The translations under genes were made by a program, and so were the position numbers. 64,000 bases of DNA, taken from Isurus oxyrinchus. Taxonomy: Eukaryota. The notes below the pieces were generated by a model. The model was not told the origin of the DNA, searched no databases, and saw only the letters and a list, made by a program, of their open reading frames with translations. This document shows, piece after piece, positions 27,090-39,692 of the stretch; position 1 is the stretch's first letter, and the number at the start of each line of letters is the position of its first letter. Location: positions 28,396,001 through 28,460,000 of the forward strand of contig JANJGN010000016.1 of NCBI GenBank assembly GCA_026770705.1, read 5' to 3'.

Positions 27090-29297
27090 GGAGTCATAGG
27101 GAAAGATGCTGTGGTGGTTCGACTAATCTGCCGGATCATGTTCTTGTTTTCTGTGGGAGAGGGTGAGGAACACAATGTTCTTATGGATGGGCCTGTGACT
27201 CATCCAGTAAGTTGGCCGATTGTCTTCTGGGTTGCCAGGGTGGCCATTCCACTCATGTAGAGGCTGTCTACTGGTAGATACCAGAGCGGATCTGTTTTGC
27301 TGAAGGACTCCATGCTTAGCGTGCTTAGGTAAGAGCGTGGATGAATGGACTGACTCAAAACCTGGCCAGGCCAGTTCTGGTCTTGAACCCAGACAGACTG
27401 TCCTGGTGAGAGTGTTGGTAAATCCTGCACTTTGTGGCGACAGTTGTATGTTAGGTTTTGGTATGCCTGCTGGTGGTGCTCTTTTCCTTGTACTTTTTCA
27501 ATCTCTGTTGCTTTGAGGCATGGTCGAAGGGTATGTGGGAGACTTGGGGGCTGTGTATGTAATCTCCTACCCATTAAGAATCTCGGAGCCAGACCCTCCT
27601 GCAGTTGTGTAGACTGATAGCACAGGAAGGCTAGGCTGACGTTGTCATTTTTCTTCAAAGGTTTAACAATACGGACCCCTTTTTCGGTCTCACCATTTGC
27701 CTGTGGATACCTTGGCAAGCTGGTGATGTGGATTGTCCCTGTTTGTTTGTGGCCTGATAAGCTGGACTGAGGGTTGGCTTCTGCCCATGTTGGATTCTTT
27801 CCCCTTAAGATTGTCTTATGCTACTTGCGGAGTTCAAACAGTCTATCTGGATTGCCTTATGCAGGGTTATATCTTCTTTAGCTTGAAGGAGGTCAGAGAC
27901 TACCATCTGTTACATCCACCACTATCCTGTTTCTGATGAGTTCAGACCTTAAATTTCGTATTCACACCTCTCGGCCATCTGTAGAGATCATTTATGAAGA
28001 AATCGACACGTTCCCCGGCAGTTGGACTCTCTTATTGAATTTAGCTCTCTACAGTATTTTATTGGTTTGCAAGTTAAAATAAACATCAAAAGATTTTAAA
28101 ACCTCTTTAAATTTAATGGATGACTCATTAGTACCCTGTCTTACAATGATGTTATCCGTAATCGGGCCTATAGAGTAAAGCAGCGTGTTTACCTGCTCTT
28201 CTTCTGACTTTTCATTCAAACCAGAAGTGATGTTGTATCTTTAAAATCTTTTCCTCCAAATACCCCAATTTGGGACTGTTTGGGCCTTGGGTTAGTCCAC
28301 ATTGAGTAGCAAGTGTTGAATTGAGATCCATGTTTAAAAAACTTTAAATTGTGAGCAGCTTTAAGAACTTGCAGGCTTTAAAGATGCTGTTTACTGTTGA
28401 CTCAGAGACAAAGGGATTTCCTACACTTGCTGGTTTTGGCAGGTTCTGCTGAATGGCTATGGCATGCTTCTTGAAGAAGACTGTTAATAAGCGTTGCCTG
28501 GATTGGCTGTGTGCCAACTTCTTTCGTTCCACGATTTGCTAGGACAAGTAAAAATGCGTTTGAATTTAAAGTTATACTTGCTGTTTTCCGAGCTGGACAG
28601 TTATGACATTTGTGAGAGATTTAAATAATAAATTCTTTTTATGATTTTATGAGCTTGGAGGCCATGTGCTGGGACTCCGACTGGAGGGAATCGAGCTTTA
28701 GCAATGGGCTTTCCTTCAGTGGCATCTCAGATACTGAAGTAGGGAAAGGTTTCTCAGGGCTGGCTACAGCTCGGAACTTTAAAAGTTTTAGCTCAGCCTT
28801 GTAGGCTCTGTGGACTCTGTGCTCTGAAGCTGGACTTCCATGGGAGATTCTGTGGTGTCTTCTGCTGCAGTAAAGCTCTCTGCCTTCAGCTTCCAGGCCT
28901 TTTCTCTGGAGCATTTTTTGGCAAAGTTTCTCAGCATCTTCAACTTCTGTTGGGAACATCTCTCAGATCAGAATTTTCCTTGAGGTTTTTTCTTAGTCTT
29001 TCAGCATCTTGGCTTGTTTCAGCATTTTAGCGATGTTGAGAGTTTTTGATCCCCGGTTGGGAGGGTATTGGTTATAGAAGTCTTTGTAGTCTTCAGTCGG
29101 ATAACTGTAAGTCTTTATTAACAAGAAGAACTATTTACGCATACAGTAAAGGTACAGGCTAGGAGCTATCTCCATGTTTAGTTCCTAACCTTTCTCTGCT
29201 CAACACCACGCTGACCCTGGGTCTGGGTCATGTGCCTTCTTACATCACTCTGCTCAGTCCCACATTAACCTGGTATGTGCTAGCCCCTTATACTACA
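27090..29297 (-). mobile_element. Decayed Ty3/Gypsy LTR retrotransposon (integrase remnant plus LTR-like segment ~29072-29297)
   Basis: ORF 27200-27718 has PRYPQANGETEKGVRIVK..YQST..LMGRRLHT..LSPGQSVWV..PRSY, a Gypsy integrase C-terminus. LTR-like segment starts TGTAGTA on the minus strand at 29297 and contains AATAAA. Confidence 0.75.
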
Positions 29298-29853
29298 ATC
29301 ATGACCAAACTCCAGATGGTTTTGGTAGAAGGGAGCTGGAAACCAGGCTGTTGCAAACTAGTGAACATTTGTTGACTATTTACTCTATTTATAGAGACTT
29401 CAGCAGGACTCCATTAGAACCTCTTCTCTCAGATTCCAGTTACATGTGATCTGACATCATTGGTGATGCACTCTAGCTATTAGCATAACAGCTATTGATC
29501 CTTTATACTTGAAAGCGAGCAGGAGGTACTGTAAGTGGAAAGTTATATTTTTCTTTCAAATTTTTAAATTTATTTTAAAAGTTATTTCATGTACCAATGT
29601 AGGAATTTAGCAATGTAAAATAGTTCAACTTTCAAGGTATAACACTTTAATGTTTTTTTCCTTTTGGGAAATGTCCTACAGGACCTAACACCAATTTTAA
29701 CATTGATTCCTATGGAATTGATTTTCACTTAAAGTTGTTTCCCTTATAGCCATGATTTCCAGGAATGCAACCACAACTCTAAGTTCTTGTTGGAGTAATT
29801 CAAAACTGATTCAATTTCTGTGCTCTCTTTCCTAGTTGCCTTGTATCTGGCCT

Positions 29854-30003
29854 CAAAGTTTCTCAGCATCTTCAACTTCTGTTGGGAACATCTCTCAGAT
29901 CAGAATTTTCCTTGAGGTTTTTTCTTAGTCTTTCAGCATCTTGGCTTGTTTCAGCATTTTAGCGATGTTGAGAGTTTTTGATCCCCGGTTGGGAGGGTAT
30001 TGG
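29854..30003 (+). repeat. Exact 150 bp direct copy of 28922-29071
   Basis: Identical base for base. Flanked by the 10 bp repeat TGGCCTCAAA at 29848-29857 and 30001-30010. Confidence 0.95.
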
Positions 30004-30059
30004 CCTCAAATATTTATCTGCTTTTCCCTTGCATCAACCACATCCTGTGACAAAGCATT

Positions 30060-31865
30060 CCTAGTATGTAAAAAGAAAAAGATTAGTCTGAAATGGGAGA
30101 ATTTATAATAGAGAACAAGGAAATAGTGGAGCAATTAAACAACTACTTTAGCTCTGTCTTCACGGAGGAAGATACAAATAACTTCCCAGAAATACTAGGG
30201 AACCAAGGGCCTAGTGAGAAGGAGGAATTGAAGGAATTTAGTATTACTAAAACAATAGTGCTGGAGAAATTAATGGGCCTGAAAGCCAATAAATCCCCAG
30301 GGCCCGATAATCTACTTCCCAGCGTACTAAAGAAGATGGCCATGGAAATAATGGATGCATTGATTGTCATCTTCCAAAATTCTATAGATTCTGGAACAGT
30401 CCTGGCAGATTGGAGGGTGGCAAATGTAACCCCACTATTTAAAAAAAGGAGGGAGGGAGAAAACAGTGAATTACAGACCAATTAGCCTAATCTCAATAGT
30501 AGGGAAAATGCTAGACCCTATTATAAAGGATGTGATAACAGGACACTTAGAAAATATCAATGAGATTAGACAAAGTCAACATGGATTTATGAAAGGGAAA
30601 TCATGTTTGACAAACCTTACTGGAGTATTTTTGAGGACATAACTAGCAGAATAGATGAGGGAGAACCAGTGATGTGGTGTATTTGGATTTTCAGAAGGCT
30701 TTTGATAAAGTCCCACATAAGAGGTTAGTGTGTAAAATTAAAGCACATGGGATTGGGGGTAATATATTGGCAAGGATTGAGAATTGGTTAGCAGACAGGA
30801 AACAGAGAGCAGGAATAAATGCGTCTTTTTCAGAGTGGCAGGCAATGACTAGTGGGGTACTGCATGGATCAGTGCCTGGGCCCCAAGCTATTCACAATAT
30901 GTATCAATGATTTGAATGAGGAAACCAAATGTAATGTTTCCAAGTTTGCTGACAACACAAAACTTGGTGGGAATGTGAGCAATGAGGAGGGTGTTAAGAG
31001 GCTTCACGGTGATTTAGACAAGTTGAGTGAGTGGACAAATACTTGGCAAATGCAGTATAACATGGATAAGTGTGACGTTTATCCACTTTGGTAGGAAAAA
31101 CAGAATGGCAGTGTATTATTTAAATGGTGATAGATTGGGAAATGTTGATGTACAAAGGGACCTGGGTGGCCTTGTACACCAGTCACTGAAAGCAAGCATG
31201 CAGATACAAGAAGCAGTTAAGAAGGCAAATGGTATGATGGCCTTCATTGCGAGAAGACTTGCGTACAGGAGGAAGGATGTCTGACTGCAGCTATACAAGG
31301 GCCTTGGTGAGATCACACCTGGAGCATTGTATGCGGTTTTGGTCTCCTTACCTAAGAAAGAATATACTTGCTGTGGATGGAGCGCAGCGAAGCTTCACCA
31401 GTCTGATTTCTGGATGGCAGGATTGTCATACGAGGAGAGATTTGGTCAACTAGGCCTGTATTCACTGGAGTTTAGAAGAATGAGAGGAGATCTCATTGAA
31501 ACATATAAAATTTTGATAGGGATGGACGGACTGGATGCAGGGATGATATTTTCTCTGGCTGGGGAGTGGGGAGGGTCTAGAACAAGGGGTCACAGCCTCA
31601 GGATGCGGGATAGATCATTTAGGACTGAAATGAGGAGAAACTTCTTCACTCAGAAGGTGCTGAACCTGTGGAATTCTCTACCACAGAAGGCTGTGGAGGC
31701 CAAGTCACTGAATATATTTAAGAGGGAGATAGATTTCCGGACTCTAAATGCGTCAAGGGGTATGGGGAGAGCACAGGAGTACGGTGTTGAGTTGGATGAT
31801 CATATAGAGTGGTGGAGCAGGCTCGAAGGGCCAAATGACCTACTCCTCCTATTTTTTATGTTTCT
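30060..31865 (+). mobile_element. CR1-type LINE, 5'-truncated RT region
   Basis: KSPGPD..WRVANVTPLFKK, YLDFQKAFDKVPH, SKFADNTKL, LGLYSLEFRRMRGDLIETYK; frameshifted. Confidence 0.93.
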
Positions 31866-32189
31866 ACTCTAGAAATACTCTCCTCAGTCTCCTAGTGAAA
31901 ATTCTAAACTCATAATCCATCGTGAGTGACTCCCTAATCAGGGAAATAGTCTTTCCTAAGTCACTTAATCAGAAATCTTCAAAACTTAAAAAGGAAAATA
32001 AGTCTCCTCATGGCCCTCTCAGCTGTAGTGAAAATATTTCTGGAACCTCTAGTCTCCTCTCATAATGATAGTTCCCCTTTCCTGGTGAATCTACACTGAG
32101 TTCTCTCTGACTTTAATGCCTTTTTCCTATGATAGGAGGTGCCCAAAATGGCACACAGCACTCAGACTGTGGTCTAACCATTACTTTGA

Positions 32190-32420
32190 AAAGGGTGCGG
32201 AGAGTGGCGGGGACTTCAGTTTGCAAAGCGCGCAGAGAGCGGGAGAGACTTCAGTCCAAAAAGGGTGTGGAGAGCGGGAGAGACTTCAGTTTTAATAGGG
32301 TACAGAGAGCCAGAGAGACTTCAGACCGAAAAGGGCGCGGAGAGCGGGAGAGACTTGTCTGAAAAGGGCGCGGAGAGCGGGAGAGACTTGTCTGATAAGG
32401 GCGCGGAGAGCGGGAGTTTT
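32190..32420 (+). repeat. Tandem ~33-40 bp GC-rich units at the CR1 5' end
   Basis: About seven copies of AAAGGGCGCGGAGAGCGGGAGAGACTT, CpG-rich. Confidence 0.85.
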
Positions 32421-35400
32421 AAAAGGACACAGTCCGGGAAAGAGGAAAAAAGCAACTGTGATGTCACGGGCAGCTAGTAAGTGCTCAGCCTAGGGTACAG
32501 TGTATAAGAAACCAGTTTAGGACAGGCAAGTTAAGGTAGATCTATAAATAAAAAGATCTAAAGCTTTAAAATAAAAACACAAAATTTTAAAATTTTAAAA
32601 TTAAAATCAAACTATAAAGATAAAAATAACAGTAAAAATAAAGTAATTTAAACAAACATCTAAAACACATACCTTGCAGTTAAGAAGCATATAACCTTTG
32701 GTTGTCAGTGGTACTAGCATTCAATAAACACAGTAAATTCCAGCATACATAGGAAGAAAGTCATTAAATTAAATTAACTAAGTAACAAGTTAGAATGGCA
32801 GGACAGGTGTTATGTTGCAGCTGTGAGATGTGGGAGCTTTTGGATGTCAAGGCAATCCATGACAAACACGTTTGCAGGAAGTGTAAGCAGCTTGAGGAAT
32901 TCCAGGTGAGGATTATTGATCCGGAAGCCAAAATGCAGACACTGCACAGGAGGAAGGGGGAGAAGTACCTGGATACTTTGTTACAGATGATAGTCACACC
33001 TCTTAGAAGAGGCTCATCTGTTTTGGACAGCAGTGAGGGACAGGAGGATGTGACTATCAGTGAGGTAGGTAATGGGACTGAGCAGACAGTAGGGGAGGAA
33101 CTTCAGGCTTCGTGATTGTCAAACAGGTTTGAGGTGCTCACAGCCTATATGGATGAAAGCAAAGTCTGCAAGGTGGATAAGCTGACTGGCCATGGCACTG
33201 TGGTACAGGAAGCTATTCAAGCAGGGGGGAGCAAAAAGGACTGTAGTGGTAGTAGGGGATAGTATAGTGAGGGGGATTGACGCTGTTCTCTGCAGTAAAG
33301 AGCGAGACTCCAGGTGGCTATGTTGCCTGCCCGGTGCCAGGATTCAGGACATTTGCTCAGGGCTGGAGAGGAACTTGCAGTGGGAGGGGGAGGATCCAGT
33401 TGTCGTGGTCCATGTAGGTACCAATGATATAGGTAGAACTAGGAAAGAGGTTCTGCAAAGTCAGTATGAGGAGCTAGGTACCAAATTAAGAAGCAGAACC
33501 TCAAAGGTAATAATCTCTGAATTATTACCTGAGTCACGTGCAAATTGGCTTAGGACAAATAAGATTAGAGAGACAAATGTGTGGCTCAAAGACTGGTGTG
33601 GGAGAAGTGGTTTCCAGTTTGTTGGGCACTGGCATCAATACTGGGGAAAGTGGAGGCTGTACTGTTGGGATGGTTTACACCTGAATCATGTTGGGACAAG
33701 TGTCTTTGCAAATCGCATAACTAGGCAAGTAGAGAGGGCTTTAAACTAAACAGGAGGGGTGAGGGATCAAGCTTGGGTAGAGGTAGCAATTCAAGGCATA
33801 GATTGAAGACAGGAAAACAAAATAGTAGTTTGAGAATTGAGGGTCTGAGAATGGCAGGAAGGGGCAGAGAGAAAAAAAACCTAAGAATATATCAACAGTC
33901 AAGACTAGATGTTACAAAAGTAACAAAAAGACAAAACTAAAGGCTCTGAATCTGAATGCACGTAGCATTCGTAACAAAATAAATGAATTGATGACCCACA
34001 TCAAAGTGAATAAATATGATCTGATAGCAATTACGGAGACGTGGCTGCAGGCCGACAGTGATTGGGTCCATAATATTGAAGAGTACACAACATTCAAAAA
34101 GAATGGGAAGCTAGGTAAAGGTGGAGCAGTAACATTGTTAATCAAGGAGGGCATTGGTGCAACAGTTAGAGATGACCTTGGCTCAGGAGATTAGGATGTA
34201 GAATCGCTTTGGGTGGAGATGAGGAATAGTAGGGGGGAAAAGTCATTAGTGGGAGTGGTCTACAGTATAGGACAAAGTATTGAAGAGAAAATATTGTGTG
34301 CTTGTAATAAAGGGACGGCAATAATCATGAGTGATTTTAATTTATACATAAAATGGGAAAATCAGATTGGCAGTATTAACCTGGATGAGAAGTTATTGGA
34401 ATGCTTTTGAAATAGCCTCTTAGAGCAATATGTTCTAGAACCAACCAGAGAGCAGGTTATATTAGATTTGGTATTGTGTAACGTGACAGGATTAATTAAT
34501 GACCTCAGAGTAAAGGCACCCCTATGTAGCAGCGACCACAATATGATTGAATTTTACATCCAGTTTGAAAGGGAGAAGAGTGGGTCTAAGACTAGTATCT
34601 TAAACTTAAATAAGGGCAACTATGTGGGAATGAAAGCTGAGCTAGCTGAAGTGAACTGGGAAACTAGTCTAGAGGATAGATCAATAGAGAAGCAGTGGCA
34701 GACATTTAAGTGGATATTTCAGAGTATTCAGAATAAGTACATTCCTACTATAAAGAAAATTCTAAGGGGAATTCTAAAAATTCTAACCACCATTCGTGGT
34801 TAACTAGAGATGTTAAGGAAAGTGTCAGACTTGAGGAAAAAGCATGCATCTATTCAATGATGGGCAGCAAGACAGATGATTGGACATAACATAAAGAACA
34901 GCAGAGAATGACTAAAAGGTTAACCAGGAGAAAGAAATTAGCTTTTGAGAGGAAGCTAGCCAGAAGTGTAAAAATGGATAGCAAGAGTTTCTACTGGTAT
35001 TTAAAAAGGAAAAGAGTAAATAAAGTGAGTGTTGGTCCTCTAGAGAGTGACAGTGGGGAGCTAATAGCAGTTATTAAGGAAATGGCGGAAGAAATGAGCA
35101 AATATTTTGCTTCTGTGTTCACTATCGAGGACACAAATAACATTCCAGTAATAGCTGCAAATCAGGAGGTGAACAGGAGAAAGGAAACTGGTGAAATTGA
35201 AATCAATAGGGAAATAGTACCTATAGGCAAATTGATGGAGCTGCAGGCTGGCAAGTCTCTGGGTCCCAATGGACTACATCCTAGGGTCTTAAAAGAGGTG
35301 GCTAATGAGGGAGTCGATCGCTGGTGTTAATTTTCCAAAATTCGCTAGATCCTGGAAAGGTTCCATCAGATTGGAAAGTAGCAAATATAACCCCTCTATT

Positions 35401-36722
35401 CAAGAAGGGAGGGAGGCAGAAAACTGGAAACTATAGGATAGCTAGCCTGATGTCTGTCATGGGGAAGTTATTAGAATCGATCATTAAGGAGGTTAAAGCT
35501 AGGCACTTAGAAGAGCTCTAGGCAGCTGGGAAGAGTCAGCATGGTTTTGTGAAAGGAAAATCATGTTTAACCTATTCATTGGAGTTTATTGAGGGAGCAA
35601 CATGTGCAGTGGATAAAGGGGAACCTGTAGACGTACTGTACTTGGATTTCCAGAAGGCATTTGCTAAGGTGTCACATCAAAGATTATTATGGAAAATAAA
35701 ATAAAAACTCATAGTGTAGTGGGTAACATATTAGGTTAGAAGATTGGCTGGCTGGCAGAAAGCAGAGTGTATGCATAAATGGGTCTTTTTCTGATTGGCA
35801 GGATGTGACAAGTGGCGTCCCACAGGGGTCTGTACTGGGCCTCAACTTTTTACAATTTACATCAATGACTTAGATGAGGGGAGTGAAGACATGCTAGCTA
35901 AATTTACAGGTGACACAAAGATAGGTAGGAAAGTATGTTGTGAAGAGGACATGAGGAGGTTGCAGATGGATATAGATAGGTTGAGTGAATGGGCAAAGAT
36001 CTGGCAACTGGATTTTAATGTGGGAAAATGTGAAGTTCACTTTGGCAGGAAGAACAAAAAAGCAGAGTACTACTTAAATGGAGGAACGGCTGCATAATTC
36101 TGAGGCGCAGAGGGATCTAGGTGTTCTAGTATGAGTCACAAAAAGTTAGTATGTAGGTACAGCACGTAATTAAGAAGGCTAATGGACTGCTATAATTTAT
36201 TATGAGAGGGAATGAACATAAAAGTAAGGATGCTATGTTTCAGTTATACAGGGCATTAGTGAAACCGTACCTTGAATACTGTGTGTAGTTTTGGTCTCCT
36301 TATTTAAGGAAGGATGTAAATGCATTGAAGGCAGTTCAAAGGAGATTTACTAGATTGACACCTGGAACGAGTGGGTTGTCTTATGAGGAAAGGTTGGACA
36401 GACTGGAGGTTAGAAGAGTGAGGGGGTGATTTGATTGAAGAATACAAGATCCTGATCGGCCTTGACAAGGTGGACTTGGAAAGGCTGTTTTCTCTTGTGG
36501 GTCAGTCCAGAATTAAGGGGCACTGTTTTAAAATTTGGGGTTGCTGTTTTAGGACAGAAATGAGGAGAATTTTTTTCTGAGGGTTTTGGGACTTTGGAAT
36601 TTTCTACTTCAGAAGGTGATAGAAGCAAGGTCATTGAATATTTTTAAGGCAGAGGTAGGTAGATTCTAGCAGGTTCAAGGGGCCGATTGGTCTACTCCTG
36701 TTCCTATTTCTTAAGTTCTTAT
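32190..36722 (+). mobile_element. Near full-length CR1-type LINE: 5' tandem repeats, ORF1 (zinc finger, coiled coil, SGNH esterase), ORF2 (APE and RT); inactivated
   Basis: ORF1 CCSCEMW..CRKCKQL, LSNRFEVL, VVVGDSIVRG, HVGTND, DGLHLN. ORF2 [27 protein letters not shown]. In-frame TGA at 33113 plus many other lesions. Confidence 0.93.
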
Positions 36723-37418
36723 ACAAATTATGCTTCTATTTATAGAACTCAAAATACTATTGGTATTCTTTGTGGCTTTATCCATATAAATTTGTATTTC
36801 AGTGAATGAGTTATTTAAACCTTTAGATCTCTTCATCATACTCATCAACATTTTTTCAGAGTGTACACTTCCGTTCCTATTTCCTCCCAAAATTATTACC
36901 TCACGTACCTACACTAAGTCTGCCACCTGCCTGTCCACTCGTTTAATCTGCTGTTTAGTTTATGTTTTACAATCCTTCTCACTGTTTGCCAAACCCCCTT
37001 ACTTTTGTGTTATCAGCAAATTTCAAAATTGTATTCTTAAACTCATTTCAATTATCAAAGTACAGCGAACACCATCTTCTGTGGTATAGTACTTCCAACT
37101 TTTTTCTAATCTAAATAACACCCTTAGCTTTTGTTTCTTGAGCCAACTTTCTATCCGTGCTGCCACGTTTCCTCTTATACCGTAAGCCTGTGTCCTCTAG
37201 GAAGTGGTCTTTCCCTAACCCATTCTCTTTCAAAATACTAAGCCTGATGACTGAACCATTTTTATGGTTCTCAATGCACAGCCTTTCACCTGACCTTCTC
37301 AGCACTGGGTCTCCAGGTATTTTAACTTCATGAAAGGTGCTGGTTCACGTAACCTCCATTGCTGCACTGATTTAACAGTGCTTGGGTCAAAGCATTTTGC
37401 TGTCTTGACCTACACACT

Positions 37419-38155
37419 AACATAAGAACTAGGAGCAGGGTAGACCATTTGGCCCCTCGAGCCTCCTCTGCCATTTGATAAGATCATGGCCTTTACTTTC
37501 CTGCCTGTCCCCGATACCCTTAGATCAAGGGAGTCCATTTAACTCAGCCTTAAAAACATTCAATGATCCAGCCTCCACTGCTCTCTGTGGAAGAGAATTC
37601 CACATACTAATAACCCTCAGAGATAAAATGCCCCCTCAACCCCATAATAAATGGGGAAGAAGCCATATTTTTAAACTGTGTCCCCTAGTATCTCCCACAA
37701 GGGAAACATCCTTTCACCATCCACCCTGGCAAGTCCTCTCAGAATCTTATATGTTTCAATAAGATCACCTCTCATTTTTCTAAACTTCAATAGTTTAGAA
37801 CCTGTCCAACCTTTCCTCATAAAACAATCCCTTCAACCCAGGAATTAGTCGATGGAACCTTCTCTGCACTTCTAATGCATTTGTATCCTTTCTTAAATAA
37901 GGAGAGTAAAACTGTACACAGTACTCCAAATGTGGCCTTGCCAACGCCCTGTACAACTGTAGCAAAACATCCCTACTTTTATATTCCATTCCCCTTGCAA
38001 TAAAAATAACATTCCATTTTTCTTCCTAATCACTTGCTGTACCAGCATACTAACTTTCTGTGATTCATGTACAATGATACCCAGATCCCTCTGCACCTCA
38101 GAGTTCTGCAATCTCTCTCCATTTAAATAATATGCTTCATTTCAATTCTTCCTGA
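37419..38155 (-). mobile_element. CR1-type LINE 3' fragment
   Basis: EYKSRDVLLQLYRALARPHLEYCVQF; cataagaact tail. Confidence 0.9.
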
Positions 38156-38540
38156 CTTTTCTTAACCCCAAGCTGTTCTCAAGCATGAAATGCATATTTG
38201 TAGGATAAATACATTTGAAACATTGAGAGAGACCAAAAGATCACTCGTGAAGCACAAGCAGTATATTAACATTATTCATTATCAAAAAAAAAATTCTTAT
38301 TTACTGAATGGTCTTGTAATAAGCTAAGAATTTGGGGACAAATGTATCTTTTAAAAATTGTATTTAGAATCCTAATTTTTTCTGTGCATTATTGGATGAC
38401 CGCCATGATCATATTTTGATCTTGTGCATCACTATGTGCCTATCATGTAGTTAGGGTTGCATTCACTTATATTGGGTAACAGGAGGGGCTGTGGTGATCT
38501 TCAACTTGTCTATAATACTGTGATGTAACTTCCTTTACAG

Positions 38541-38609
38541 GCGGTGTTGAATCAGAAGTTTATCGACTGTTTTGTTCTCATCTTTCTTGATTCACAGTCT
38601 GCAAAGACG
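38541..38609 (+). CDS. SZT2: SZT2 penultimate coding exon
   Basis: tttacag|GCG ... AAG ACG|gtaaga. Encodes AVLNQKFIDCFVLIFLDSQSAKT (human [23 protein letters not shown]). Confidence 0.94.
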
Positions 38610-39148
38610 GTAAGATCTCAAAAGAGCTTCTGATGTAGAGAATCACAAAGTGTCTGAGTATGATACAGTGTATGATATAGATAAGATGATACATTGTTTG
38701 TATAAAACTGCAAGTCTCACAGCATGGGGCTCCACAAAGCACTTGTATGACTAAAGGCATAAGAGTATTTTCTTTCTCCACAGAGGGGAAGGTGAGTGAC
38801 ACCACTATATAAAGAAAATAAGAAATGAATGTGTGGCAGTGCACCAGTTACAAAATATTACAATGAACTATTTACTGTTGACATGCAACTTTGACCCAGT
38901 AAACACAGAGTGAGCCACTGATCTTAATGATGCAGTTCGGGTAGGGTGAGCAGTGAGAAGATTAGGAGGAAATAGTCAATATTACCCTGGGTTGCTCTTA
39001 CATTTCTATTAGTGACATTGCCAGTTGATGTAAGGAGGCACAGATGAACAATCTAGTGGCTGCTTATCGTAGTTGACTATATCAGATGATGAAGTCATTC
39101 TGAAGCCACACTTATCCTAGTGGCAGCTCAGAGCAATGGAAGTTTCTG

Positions 39149-39410
39149 AACGTACGACCATACGAATTAGGAGCAGGAGTAGGCCACTCAGCCCTTTGAG
39201 TCTGCTCTGCCATTCAATGATATCATGGTTAATCTGATTTTAACCTCAACCACACATTCCTGCCTACCCCCAATAACCATTCACCCCTTGTTTATCAAGA
39301 ATCCACCTGGATCTGCCTTAAAAATATTCAAAGGCTCTGCCTCTACTACCTTCTTAGGAAGAGAATTCCAAAGACACTCAACCCTCAGAGAAATAATTTT
39401 TCCTTATCTC
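39149..39410 (-). mobile_element. CR1-type 3' end fragment
   Basis: catacgaattaggagcaggagtaggcc tail, as at 48674. Confidence 0.85.
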
Positions 39411-39545
39411 TGAGAAGGATGCACTTTTGCCTCATTGTGCATTTATAGAGGCTGATGGAACAGCAATTTACCCTGTTTCTATATAATGTGGCTATGCATT
39501 TCCACCAACCTATTCCAATATTAGAAGCTGCTTTCTCTTTTTCAG

Positions 39546-39692
39546 AATCTAAAAGTTGTATTCCGAGAGCCACTTCCTGCACAGCCACAGAACAGTGACA
39601 GTCCACTACCTCAGCTTGTCTCCATGTACTATCATCTGGAGTCTGTCATCAACACCGCATGCTTCAACCTGTGGACTGGCATGCTACAGTAG
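39546..39692 (+). CDS. SZT2: SZT2 final coding exon to stop codon
   Basis: tttttcag|AAT CTA ... CAG TAG. Encodes [48 protein letters not shown]. The eight exons total 1416 nt = 472 codons with no internal stop. Confidence 0.95.
   Translation, partial: NLKVVFREPLPAQPQNSDSPLPQLVSMYYHLESVINTACFNLWTGMLQ

Noticed and set aside
32190-32420. CRISPR-like repeat/spacer appearance
   Set aside because: The intervening segments are only a few nt long and related to each other, there are no cas genes, and the array sits at the 5' end of a eukaryotic LINE.
33192-33749. 185 aa SGNH hydrolase as a host or domesticated gene
   Set aside because: It is CR1 ORF1 in its normal position before ORF2. Its N-terminal part is cut off by a stop (33113) and a frameshift.
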